The notes under the pieces were generated by a model, which made no database searches, was not told where the DNA came from, and saw only the letters and a list, made by a program, of their open reading frames with translations. DNA of 64,000 bases from Macrostomum hystrix (lineage: Eukaryota; Animalia; Platyhelminthes). The first letter of the stretch is position 1. Each line of letters begins with the position of its first letter. The position numbers and the translations under genes are program-made. Below are positions 36,001-47,901 of the stretch, piece by piece. The stretch lies in contig CATNEN010000037.1 of NCBI GenBank assembly GCA_950097015.1, positions 3,410,001-3,474,000 on the forward strand, read 5' to 3'.

Positions 36001-36578
36001 ACCGATCAACCGGCCGGCAGGTGCAACAGGTGGGCGGTGCCAGTCGTCTTCAACCCGGCAATCAGCACCAACTGCCCCAGGTGGCCGTATTAGTTGGCCC
36101 CGGTAGGCGCGGCCTAATGGGCATAACAATGGCCCGACACCTGGCTAACAAAGAGGTTAGAGTGCACGTTTACTGTAGCGAACGTGAGCTGACTGTCTCA
36201 GCCGAGCTAGACCAAGAGATCCGGCTGTTTCGCTCCACCGGCTGTCCAGTAGTGCACTCTTGTCGCGACCTACCCTGGCTGCTAGACTACATTGTGCTGG
36301 CCACCAGTGAGCCGGACCATCCCGATCACACCCTGGCTCTCTGGTGCCGCTCCAACCGAGCCCCAGTTGTCGGAGTCTGTCCGCAGCAGAGAAATCCTGC
36401 TAGATTAGAGTGCAAAATCAATCTGCAATACTGCCTGCCCGTACCTGTGGATGCCGGCTACGGCGCTACCTACCTGGTTGATGCTGGTATCACCAAGTAT
36501 GTCTTTAGGCAGGTCGGCATTCTCTACTCCAGCCCGTTCGGTCATCGATCGGTTGTGCAACTGCACACCAACAATTAA
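33083..36578 (+). CDS. EDC3: Enhancer of mRNA decapping 3 (LSm, FDF and YjeF-N domains), four exons, apparent 1-nt insertion near 33116
   Basis: Exons 33083-33599, 34087-34437, 35071-35232, 36021-36578, all phase 0 GT-AG. N-terminal LSm MSEFIGAQLQL-DCGPLLGTFIG; FDF motif EEFDFEGNLALFDK; FTTDVGLPVPSV; GGASRLQPGNQHQLPQVAVLVGP...ARHLAN (YjeF-N). Confidence 0.93.
33683..33995 (+). mobile_element. SINE (second family) in EDC3 intron 1, flanked by 30-bp direct repeats
   Basis: TGGCAGAGC...GAGCTCGATTCC tRNA-like head; homologous to 10454-10690 and 55822-55998; direct repeats at 33653-33682 and 33996-34025 with one mismatch. Confidence 0.7.
34485..35020 (+). repeat. 21-bp minisatellite (GGCTTTAGGTCCTTCAGGACC), EDC3 intron 2
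   Basis: About 25 copies. Confidence 0.95.
35270..35925 (+). repeat. 21-bp minisatellite (TTAGAACAGGAATCTCTCACA), EDC3 intron 3
   Basis: About 31 copies. Confidence 0.95.
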
Positions 36579-36679
36579 TCCTTGATCTTCATTGATGGGC
36601 GAATGAGACAATTTGCTTGATAAAACTGATCATCCACTGGCCAATAACATACGAGCGCTTGATCAGACCTGATCATCGA

Positions 36680-37912
36680 CTGGCCAATTAGACAGTAAAA
36701 TTGATAGCAATAATCAGAGACTAGCCAATTAGACAGTTAAATTGATAGAAATGATCAGAGACTGGCCAATTAGACAGTTCAATTGATAGAAATGATCAGA
36801 GACTGGCCAATTAGACAGTTCAATTGATAGAAATGATCAGAGACTGGCCAATTAGACAGTAAAATTGATAGAAATGATCAGAGACTGGCCAATTAGACAG
36901 TTCAATTGATAGAAATGATCAGAGACTGGTCAATTAGACAGTAAAATTGATAGCAATGATCAGAGACTAGCCAATTAGACAGTTAAATTGATAGAAATGA
37001 TCAGAGACTAGCCAATTAGACAGTTCAATTGATAGAAATGATCAGAGACTGGCCAATTAGACAGTTCAATTGATAGAAATGATCAGAGACTGGCCAATTA
37101 GACAGTTCAATCGATAGAAATGATCAGAGACTGGCCAATTAGACAGTTCAATTGATAGAAATGATCAGAGACTGGCCAATTAGACAGTTCAATTGATAGA
37201 AATGATCATCGACTGGCCAATTAGACAGTTCAATTGATAGAAATGATCAGAGACTGGCCAATTAGACAGTTCAATTGATAGAAATGATCAGAGACTGGCC
37301 AATTAGACAGTTAAATTGATAGAAATGATCATCGACTGGCCAATTAGACAGTTCAATTGATAGAAATGATCAGAGACTGGCCAATTAGACAGTTCAATTG
37401 ATAGAAATGATCAGAGACTGGCCAATTAGACAGTTCAATTGATAGAAATGATCAGAGACTGGCCAATTAGACAGTTAAATTGATAGAAATGATCAGAGAC
37501 TGGCCAATTAGACAGTAAAATTGATAGAAATGATCAGAGACTGGCCAATTAGACAGTTAAATTGATAGAAATGATCAGAGACTGGCCAATTAGACAGTTA
37601 AATTGATAGAAATGATCAGAGACTGGTCAATTAGACAGTTAAATTGATAGAAATGATCAGAGACTGGCCAATTAGACAGTTCAATTGATAGAACTGATCA
37701 GAGACTAGCCAATTAGACAGTTAAATTGATAGAAATGATCAGAGACTGGCCAATTAGACAGTTAAATTGATAGAAATGATCAGAGACTAGCCAATTAGAC
37801 AGTTAAATTGATAGAAATGATCAGAGACTAGCCAATTAGACAGTTAAATTGATAGAAATGATCAGAGACTAGCCAATTAGACAGTTAAATTGATAGAAAT
37901 GATCAGAGACTG
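36680..37912 (+). repeat. 41-bp minisatellite (GATCAGAGACTGGCCAATTAGACAGTTCAATTGATAGAAAT)
   Basis: About 30 copies between the EDC3 stop and MED9. Confidence 0.95.
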
Positions 37913-38515
37913 GCCCGTCTAGCAGTTGCGTCTTTATTTGTTCATTTATTTTTTTAGTGAATAGTTACTTTTTATGGCTTTTAATTGCACTTCATAAGGT
38001 ATCTTTATTAATTAATGCGCATTTGGTATTACTTATTGTTTTTCATAAAAAGTAGTATCATCCGCGAATATATTTTTATCTGTATTTATTTCATATCCCT
38101 ATAAATATTGTGTGAGCTTGCAAAGCTGTACATTATCGTTTTGTTGTTCTTTCTAGAGTAGTGTTGTGAGTTGCTTACTTTGATCCGGTGCAGTGTTGTA
38201 TTTTAACAAACGTGTAGTACGAGCTAAATTTAATAAATATTTTTATTGTAAGACTGCTTGATCTGGGTGAGTTTAAAATAAGAAAATAATAAATTACTTC
38301 TTCAATCCCTTCTATAAAAATCTACAAATTAATATTTACGTCGCTTTTTTGCAATAGCCCAGCAAAACTGCAAATTTCGACCGTAAAATTCTTTGCTTTC
38401 TATTGTCCCAAGTAGGCATTTTAACAAACTGGTTTCTAAAAATTATTAAAATCTAAAAAAATATTCCAGATTTAGCAGTATCAATCTTGGTTGACAGATT
38501 GTAAAACAGCAGCAC

Positions 38516-38836
38516 ATGCATCAGCATCAGCAGCAGCAGCAGCAGCGCCAACAGCCGGAGGAATCAGCCACACCCATCGAGCAGGTTGACCTAGTTTTTG
38601 CGCCGCTAATTCGCGACATTTTCATTCACTACGCCAGCGACTCACCGGGCACAACTAGCAAGATTCAGGAGCTGCGGCTCAAACTAGAGACCGCCAGGCA
38701 CCAGATTGAACAGGCTGAAGGCATCGAGCTTGATCCTGAGACCCAGCGTCAACTGCTGGACTGCTTGGCGCACAAGTACAAAGAGAAGAGCGACCTGCTA
38801 GCCCGGCTGCGCCAGTGGCATGAGCCTGGCCAGTGA
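38516..38836 (+). CDS. MED9: Mediator complex subunit 9
   Basis: 106 aa single exon: poly-Q N-terminus, FAPLIRDIF...DSPG, LRLKLETARHQI...GIELDPETQRQLLDCL...KSDLL, matching the Med9 pattern (FLPLV...DSP...GI.LSPEQQ..QL..L...K.ELL). Confidence 0.85.
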   Translation: MHQHQQQQQQRQQPEESATPIEQVDLVFAPLIRDIFIHYASDSPGTTSKIQELRLKLETARHQIEQAEGIELDPETQRQLLDCLAHKYKEKSDLLARLRQWHEPGQ

Positions 38837-39341
38837 ATCTCGCGACTGTTCGACCATTGCGTCGCAGCTCTACCAGCTTCACCGGGTCTCCTGCTCGAAC
38901 GGCCGCGAGTACACCGGCTGGTTGTACACAGTCGATCCGGTCAGCCAGACCAGAGTGCTGGTAGACCTTGAGCACAGTCTGCTTCACTTCCTACCATCTG
39001 GCGGCATTGTTGAAGCTGGCCCGGTGCCCGGAGCTCCGCCTGCCAGCTCCCAGCAGCGGCTTGACATTGACCGGCTAGCCGAGGGCGATGTTCTCGCCGA
39101 CGCTACGTCTAGTCGTCCCGAAGTTGATAGCGATACGGCCGTCCAGCGTCGAGATCGGGTGCGCGCCTGGTTCGCTAAGAATCGCGTCGATCTTGGCATC
39201 GACGGCGAGGATTCATTGACGCTGACCCTTGGCGACAGTCTGGCAATGCGACCGCCCTACTTGGCCCGCACCTGCTTCTGCAACAATGAAATTGTATTAG
39301 CCAGGTGCACGACTCTTCTGGCCTCCATGCCGCTTGATTGA
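38820..39341 (+). CDS. GEMIN6: Gem-associated protein 6 (SMN complex)
   Basis: 173 aa single exon: EYTGWLYTVDPVSQTRVLV (Sm fold), RDRVRAWFAKNRV, RPPYLARTCFCNNEIVLARC, matching Gemin6 (GWVLTTDPVS...W.EKN.I...PPY...C...NEIILSR). AATAAA at 39342-39347 directly after the stop. Confidence 0.9.
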   Translation: MSLASESRDCSTIASQLYQLHRVSCSNGREYTGWLYTVDPVSQTRVLVDLEHSLLHFLPSGGIVEAGPVPGAPPASSQQRLDIDRLAEGDVLADATSSRPEVDSDTAVQRRDRVRAWFAKNRVDLGIDGEDSLTLTLGDSLAMRPPYLARTCFCNNEIVLARCTTLLASMPLD

Positions 39342-39347
39342 AATAAA
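39342..39347 (+). terminator. Polyadenylation signal shared by MED9/GEMIN6
   Basis: AATAAA immediately after the GEMIN6 TGA; none between 38516 and 39341. Confidence 0.7.
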
Positions 39348-39911
39348 TGCCAGCTCAGCATTGCGATTTTCCTATTATAATACTCATAGTAGCTTTAAAA
39401 AGGTCATTCGTTCTTCACTCAATTGTTTATTTTTTAATTGTGCTTGCTATAAAAAGTCGCATTCGTTTATAAATAAATTGTGCACATTCATGTTCCTACG
39501 GCACATGACTTATCGCTCACCAGCCGCTTCAGCTTGTTATTTGGCTGCGTTTCAATAACGCCAGAAAATTAAGACAGTGTCTTAACTATGTTCTTTGCTT
39601 TCCTGCAGAAAAGCACAAATTTGGAAATACGACTAAGGACGCATACGCGTGCCCAGTTGGTCTCGTCAATTAAAACTTATCGGCTTTTCTTGAAGCGTGG
39701 GAACGTCCTTAGGAAGCATTTGGTGCTATTTTTATACTCCAGCCAATCAAACTGGTAACAGTCCAACAGTTGGTTTAAATCTGATTTATATCTACGGATA
39801 TTTAAATAAACGCTTCGACTAACATTTTTAATGATTCACCTTCACCCATTGCATTCATTTGCTGCACAGCAAATAGCTCATTTCAAAATAGCAACATAAT
39901 CAGTCGCTGAT

Positions 39912-41550
39912 TTCCTTGGACTACGCACTCTTCACGATATCCTTGGACTATGCACTCTTCACGATATCCTAGGACTACGCACTCTTCACAATATCCTTGG
40001 ACTATGCACTCTTCACAAAATCCTTGGACTATGCACGCTACACAATATCCTTGGACTACGCACTCTTCACAATATCCTTGGACTATGCACGCTACACAAT
40101 ATCCTTGGACTACGCACTCTTCACAATATCCTTGGACTACGCACTCTTCAAAATATCCTTGGACTACGCACTCTTCACAATATCCTTGGACTACGCACTC
40201 TTCACAATATCCTTGGACTACGCACTCTTCACGATATCCTTGGACTACGCACTCTTCACAATATCCTTGGACTATGCATTCCTAAGTTCTACGCACTCTT
40301 AAGGACTACTCCTCTTCAGGTCTACGCACTCTTCACGATATCCTTTGTCTATGCACTCCACACAATATCCTTGGACTACGCACTCTTCACAATATCCTTG
40401 GACTACGCACTCTTCACAATATCCTTAGACTACGCACTCTTCACAATATCCTTGGACTACGCGCTCTTCACAATATCCTTGGACTACGCACTCTTCACAA
40501 TATCCTTGGACTACGCACTCCACACAATATCCATGGACTACGCACTCTTCACAATATCCATGGACTACGCACTCTTCACAATATCCTTGGACTACGCACT
40601 CTTCACAATATCCTTGGACTACGCACTCTTCACAATATCCTTGGACTACGCACTCTTCACAATATCCTTGGACTACGCACTCTTCACAATATCCTTGGAC
40701 TACGCGCTCTTCACAATATCCTTGGACTACGCACTCTTCACAATATCCTTGGACTACGCACTCTTCACAATATCCTTGGACTACGCACTCTTCACAATAT
40801 CCTTGGACTACGCACTCTTCACAATATCCTTGGACTACGCGCTCTTCACAATATCCTTGGACTACGCACTCTTCACAATATCCTTGGACTACGCACTCTT
40901 CACAATATCCTTGGACTACGCACTCTGCACAATATCCTTGGACTACGCACTCTTCACAATATCCTTGGACTACGCACTCTTCACAATATCCTTGGACTAC
41001 GCACTCTTCACAATATCCTTGGACTACGCACTCTTCACAATATCCTTGGACTATGCATTCTTAAATTCTACGCACTCTTAAGGACTACTCCTCTTCAGGT
41101 CTACGCACTCTTCACGATATCCTTTGTCTATGCACTCCACACAATATCCTTGGACTACGCACTCTTCTCAATATCCTTGGACTACGCACTCTACACAATA
41201 TCCTTGGACTACGCACTCTTCACAATATCCTTGGACTACGCACTCTTCACAATATCCTTGGACTACGCACTCTACACAATATCCTTGGACTACGCACTCT
41301 TCACAATATCCTTGGACTACGCACTCTTCACAATATCCTTGGACTACGCGCTCTTCACAATATCCTTGGACTACGCACTCTTCACAATATCCTTGGACTA
41401 CGCGCTCTTCACAATATCCTTGGACTATGCATTCTTAAGTTCTACGCACTCTTAAGGTCTACTCCTCTTCAGGTCTACGCACTCTTCAGGTCTACGCACT
41501 ATTCACAATATCCTTGCTGCACGCACTCTTCACAATATCCATTGACTAAG
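39912..41550 (+). repeat. 27-bp minisatellite (ATATCCTTGGACTACGCACTCTTCACA) with recurring spacer block
   Basis: Tandem copies; the same divergent block at 40272, 41051 and 41425. Confidence 0.95.
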
Positions 41551-42982
41551 CACACTCTAACTGTACACTAGTTCTACGACAATTTAACTTTAGCCGCACT
41601 AACTGGTTGTAGCTGAAAGAAAAATAATTTTTAGAAGTTGTAAGCAGTTCAATTTAGTCGATTGAAATTATAGAGCATAATCTTCAGTTTCACACAAAAC
41701 AATAACGCAATCAGGGCGTGTATATTGATTGATAGCACAAGACGCATGGCTTGCAAGTAGCATTTATATAATTTTATGTACTCTACATGCCAGAGTTTTA
41801 ATGCAAACGGTGGCAAAATTAAGAGCTTTCAGTGTCGGAGCAGCAAGCGTTCGTATTTCCAGAAAAGAAAGCGACCAAAATGTACAATGAATTGCCTTAA
41901 AATCTTCAGTCGATTATTTATATAAATACGATTCGGGGCAATTTTACGGTAAAAAAAACACGCAGGAGTAATGTCAGCAGGTAAGAAACATGGCCGCGCA
42001 AACTATATATATAGTAAATGTAAATATAATAGCGAGCTCAAAATACAATAAATCTATGTTAATTTAAAATCGAATCAGCTCAAAAATGTCAATAGTCCGT
42101 AATTTGTTAATTAATTATGAAACAAAACATTGTCAAAGAGAAACTCGAAGCGGTTTTGCTGGTGGAAAAGTGGGTTTGAAAGACGCCGACGCGAATAGAA
42201 CACAGACAGAAATTCGCTAGGTGGTTAACGACAAGCTTAGATAAATCAGCGATTTGTTATAAGTTAGGTAAGCTCAAATCAAGCTTATACTGGCCCAGAT
42301 TCAATGCACAATGTGAACTTAATTTTCATCAAAATTTTGAAGGTGAGAATTCAAGGCAACAAGACGAATATTGAGAGATAATTAACTAAAACATCTGATA
42401 ATGGAAAGCATAGTGGGTTAAGGCACACCGCAACACCTTATAATCATCTCCGCATGCTGGGCAGGTGTACGTGTTCCCTTTAATTCCATGTTCGAAGCAT
42501 ACATTTGGTAATGATAAGGACTTAACTTAGTAACTGGTTTTGACTGAAAAAAATACGGATACGTTTGCATATAATTGGACTGAAAAAATGCCGCTGAGTG
42601 CAGCTAGTTGTGTTATCAATTCAAATGTGTGTTTTTTCTGCTCTTGGCTACATGCGGCTGCCAGGCCTGGGGGTTGGTAGCTAGGCTGGACTGTGTGCTA
42701 TTATGTACGCGCGTGTGTGCCCAGACTAATGGCTTCGTTTTCTCCCACATGAACAAAATGAGCATGAACATGAGCATGAACAAAAAAACAAACATGGCAA
42801 ACTCATCAACTGATTATCAATCTAAGCTTTATTGTGTAAAGATAGAAAATAAAATCTCTAGCAAATTCATCGTGTCGTGCGAGTTTTCTTAGAAATAAAT
42901 AAGTACTTACGATTAGACAAAACACTATAAAGGAATAATCTTAGCCTATTTATTGATCTGGTGATCCTATCTGCGTCCTAGA

Positions 42983-44988
42983 CTAGCTGGGCTGTCCGGC
43001 GGGCGACCTCGCCGTGCCCAGCACTTCAGCCGCAGCCTGCAGGTAGGCCAGAAGGTGGCTCAGCCGATCCGCGGGACCGGCCGGCCGGAAGCCGCTCAGT
43101 CGGACGGCCTCCTCTTCGAGGCGGACCAGGTCTGGCGTTTTTAATAGCAGTTTATCACGCGTGCGCATCATGTGGGACCACGTCTCTGTGGCGTGGTACA
43201 GGTGCAAGAGGTGGTCAAGAACCTGTTCGCGTTGATCGGCTGCCAGATTTCCGTTCTTCATAGCTGCGCTGTGATTGGCCAGTTCCTGTCTAGAGTTGTG
43301 AGACGGGACAGGGGAGCGAGTCAGATTAGTTCTGGCTGCACTGTGATTGGTCAGCACAAGAAAAAAAGGAGTGAGGCGGACGTAAGGTCAGTTAATACAT
43401 TGCTGCGATGTGATTGGCCACCTCCAGTATTGGGGAGTGAGATACGGCCCATGATAAGGTCAGTTAATTGATTGCAACCTGATTGGCCAGATATTTAACA
43501 ACTCGTACGAGTTCAAAGTTGCGTTTTTTAAAGAATAGCTATCATATATTTCTGTAAAATAAAAAGCAGACAATTTAGCCACGAATACGAGACTCGGTTA
43601 ATAATGCTTAACGTCCTTCAATTTTTTACGGCCTGTAATTATGACAGCAAATCAATCACATTGTAAAGTAGTAGGCACAAGTATTCGAGATAGAAAAATA
43701 ATCCCGTCCGTCAGTCATTCACGCCGAACACCTCGAGACTAGTAGAATTTTACAGTGCAAATTCTGTTGCTGCACTCCAACGAGGGTTGAAAAACAAGGG
43801 AAGAAAATATGTTGATGCGCATTCAGGTAGGATGGGGCCAGTAAAGTTCAAACTCTTTATAACCTCCAGCATCACGAAGCGCACCTATATTTGTGCAGAT
43901 GCCTTGATTTCCCTACCTGCCTATAAAAATTTCCAGCGAAAGGGGCGTGCAACAACATGTTTACAGTGCCAAAAGGTCACCGAATTAGAGGCATAACTTA
44001 AACCTCATTCTAGAATTCGACTATTTGTGTACAAGCTACTAGATCTTCAATTGGCCCCTGACACCCTCCCGATCCAGGATTTGGCGTCTGACACCCTCCC
44101 GACCCAGGATTTGGCGTCTGACACCCTCCCGATCCAGGATTTGGCGTCTGACACCCTCCCGATACAGGATTTGGCGTCTGACTACCCCGCGATCTTGGAT
44201 TTGGCATCTGACTACCCCGCGATCTTGGATTTGGCATCTGACTACCTCGCGATCTTGGATTTGGCATCTGACTACCTCGCGATCTGGGATTTGACATCTG
44301 ACTACCTCGAGATCCAGGATTTGACATTTGACTACCTCGCGATCTGGGATTTGACATCTGACTACCTCGCGATCTGGGATTTGACATCTGACTACCTCGC
44401 GATCTGGGATTTGACATCTGACTACCTAGCGATCCAGGATTTGACATCTGACTACCTCGCGATCTGGGATTTGACATCTGACTACCTCGCGATCTGGGAT
44501 TTGACATCTGACAACCTCGCGATCTGGGATTTGACATCTGACTACCTCGCGATCTGGGATTTGACATCTGACTACCTCGCGATCCAGGATTTGACATCTG
44601 ACTACCTCGCGATCTGGGATTTGACATCTGACTACCTCGCGATCTGGGATTTGACATCTGACAACCTCGCGATCCAGGATTTGACATCTGACTACCTCGC
44701 GATCTGGGATTTGACATCTGACTACCTCGCGATCTGGGATTTGACATCTGACAACCTCGCGATCCAGGATTTGACATCTGACTACCTCGAGATCTAGGAT
44801 TTGACATCTGACACCCTCCCGATCCGAGATTTGGCGTCTGACACCCTCCTGATTCATACTTTAATATTCTGCATACAAATGTGAAATCACCTGTAGCAAT
44901 AGAACTGCCTGTACTCCACCACTGACAGCAGCATGAGCATGCTTAAATCTGCCAGACTCTCATAAGCTGTCGATCGTTGTTGCCCGGC

Positions 44989-45019
<31 letters not shown>

Positions 45020-46260
45020 CCGCCACTGCCGCTACTTCGCATCAGTAGGCGCACAAACTGACGCACGTAGTTGTTAATCTCCTTGTAGGTCTGGCGCGTT
45101 GGCGCAGCGTCACCGTTCGCGGCGCCGGCGGCTCGCCTTCGCTCGTCGTCTGCCCAGCAGCCAGCCAGAAATAGGACGCCGGCGCATAGGAAATGCCGCT
45201 TAGCCGAGTCTATATCGGCCGCTTTAACCGCAGCGTCGGTGTTATGCTTGTGCGACTTGGCCCGATGAAGCAGCGCATTCAACGGAGCCGAGCGCCACTG
45301 ACGCTCGAGATCGGCGGCCCGGCTGGCCTGGGAGCGCTCGGTGAGGGCTGACAACTGCTGCAGCTGGGCAGCCTCGGTGGCGGCCGCCGGTACTGGTGGA
45401 ACTGCGGCAGTTGGTCGGCTTGCGGCAGGCTGCTGCTGCTGCTGCTGTTGCTGCATCGGCTGCTGCTGCTGCTGCTGTTGCTGCTGCAGCAGCGGTGTCT
45501 CCTCGGTCTGAACGCCGAGATCTCGGCGACGATGATTGGATGAACGGTTCCAATACTGATTCCGCTGACTTCTGCGACTATCAGCTGGCAGCCGAGACAG
45601 CCGCAGCCTCAGCTTGAGTCCATCCGAGTGAATGACTGACCCGTACACTGGCCCAGTTAGAGACGAAGGAGGCGGCGGCGGAGGAGCCTCGGCATGTCTG
45701 CGTTTTCCTAGAATCGAAGCCTTCTGATTTGCGCCATTGTGAATGTCGTCGTCTTCTTCGCCGAATAGAGACCGCATGACGGCGTCTCGCTGATTGCTTC
45801 GCGCATCCGTTCTGACTTGAGTCTGACCGCCCGGCTGAGCCGCAGACTTGGGCTCCGCTGCAACAGCGCGATTCTCTTCGCCTAGCGGCAGCAGGGGCGG
45901 CCTATCGGCGTTGCCAATCAGCTGACGGGCCTGATTGAAATACTTCAGACAGGCGCGCACTTCGTCTTCGCTGATACCGCGGCTGCCGCTGCCACTCACA
46001 CCGCCGTTACTTCTGTCAGCGTAGCTCAGCAATGTAGGCGTCAGAGCAGGCAAAGCGGTGGCTATGCGGCCATTGACCCAGGCGCTGATGCTGCCGCTAA
46101 CTGGGTCCTCGGAGCCGCTGAAGCCACCGCCGCTGCCGCCGCTGCCACCGGGACTGTCTGAGTCCGAGTCGCGCGAGTCGTCGCCGCCGCTGACAGCGTC
46201 GCTCTCCGAGTCCCTGGGAGTTTTGGTCGATCGATTTTCATTAACAGTAGAAAGACCACC
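42983..46260 (-). CDS. AF4/FMR2 family (AFF/lilliputian-like) protein, C-terminal part
   Basis: Exon 46260-44891 (acceptor ctttctccag, donor GTGATT, phase 2) joins exon 43289-42983; a possible small upstream exon is 47248-47200. Contains GLKLRLRLSRLP (AF9/ENL-binding-like), AKSHKHNTD...FLCAGVLFL (C-terminal homology domain, cf. AKRMKHKAD) and LSHLLAYLQ. Minus-strand AATAAA at 42949-42954. Start codon not located. Confidence 0.75.
44050..44850 (+). repeat. 30-bp minisatellite (GGATTTGACATCTGACTACCTCGCGATCTG), AFF-like intron
   Basis: About 26 copies. Confidence 0.95.
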
Positions 46261-47901
46261 CTGGAGAAAGTCCACGGGCTATTTCAAATACCCACTGCCT
46301 ATTTCACGATAGCTCCCAAACCGAATCACCGATTTTCGTGAAAGTCCACCATCTGAATCAAAATCTTCTATTATTAAAAATCGCCCTATATTACGATGAA
46401 CTAATTTTCAAAGCCGTCCGACTGTGCATCGTCGAGATATTCAGCGATTCTTGTAGAAGACCCTGGCGATATAGACAAATAACACTGCTCTAAATAAATA
46501 TCTTTAGCGAATCCATATTGGTTAAAAATTTGCATAATCAATACAAATTGCCGACATGAATACGTGATAAAGTGATCTAGAAACCCGCTAAAAAATAGTG
46601 ATGTTTCTTTGGGTGATTCCAGTTGGAATCTGCGGTGTTTCCAGAAAAATAAACAGCCGAACACTGGAAACATACGAATCGGATGATTCCATGCTTAGAA
46701 TCTACCCAACTGGGCGTTTTCTCGGTGCTTCTTGGTGCCGAAATGGAATCACCCAAAGAATCCTCCAGTTCGGAAGATTCCATGCTCAGAAACCGCCGAG
46801 GAATCGCCCGTAAATAATTCTCTGGTTGTTCCATGGGCCACTGGTTCGGGTGATTCTTCGGCGGTTTCCGCACAATTTACGGTTACATCGGCTGCTTCCT
46901 GGGTGGTTTCTTTAACTCTTGCGAGATAGGGGGGATTTTGGTAGATTCCACTCCTATTTTGCACAAAAAACCCGCCGAAGAAGCAGCCGATTTTTTACAG
47001 GGAAATATCTTGAAAAGCAAATTGACCATCGTTTCCTCATAGATTTATAGCTGTTTACAACAGTTGCCATTCGGCGAAAATTGCACCAGACACCAAGTCT
47101 AATTGGCCAAACCATAGCAGAAACTGAATCCAACAAAGCGAAAACAACTTGGAAACTAAAAAATAGAAAAATAATATAGGATTCGTTTTTCGCATTTACT
47201 CCAGGGTCTCGGCCAGGCACCACCTCACTCCCCCACCAGTCTAGTCGCCTAAAAAGGTATGGCAGCAGGTACATAGAAAGCGAAGTGGACCATGGTCCGA
47301 TGTATCGCATCGCTTTTCTGTTCTTCTATCGCTCGCTCTTCTCTCTATACCATTCTCTCCCTCTTGCCGCTCACTCCCGCCCACCTCGCTGCGTCTGTTT
47401 CAGTCTCACATTTTTTTGTTTAATGCCTACTGCAAACACGTGCCCGCCTAAATGCATGCGCTTAGGCAGTTGCAGAGATTAATAATGTGGACAAGTGAGC
47501 TGACAGGACTTGCAGCGCCGCTTACTGCAATACGAAATCTTAATAGTCTTAATAGTTGCTGGAAGACTGACCGCAAGTTAAAGGGGCCGCCGGGTGCATT
47601 TTCTAGCTAAAGACGCGCCTGAATGACATAACAGCCGTGCTAGCTTAACTCATTTTGCATCGCTTCTTGTTACTGGAGACTTCTCTCATTGCCAGGTAAA
47701 CTTGGCAACACCGTACTGTCTCAATTATATCCTGTCTTCTCTACCAGCCTATTCTTTGAGCACAGTAAAAGCTCTGGGGCTATCCAAACTCTCTGAACTG
47801 TCTGACAAATGAAATAGTCAGAAATCTGATTGAGACTAAGCGAAGTTTAAAAAACCGATTAACAGTAGGACTACCAAGCCATTTTGCCGCCCGTTTTTAT
47901 A

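Noticed and set aside
39950-41455. DYALFTISL and YPWTTHSSQ repeat ORFs
   Set aside because: Products of the 27-bp satellite, lacking unique flanking coding sequence or splice context.
44010-44857. 256-265 aa ORFs on both strands
   Set aside because: 30-bp satellite inside the AFF-like intron, whose flanking exons join in phase.
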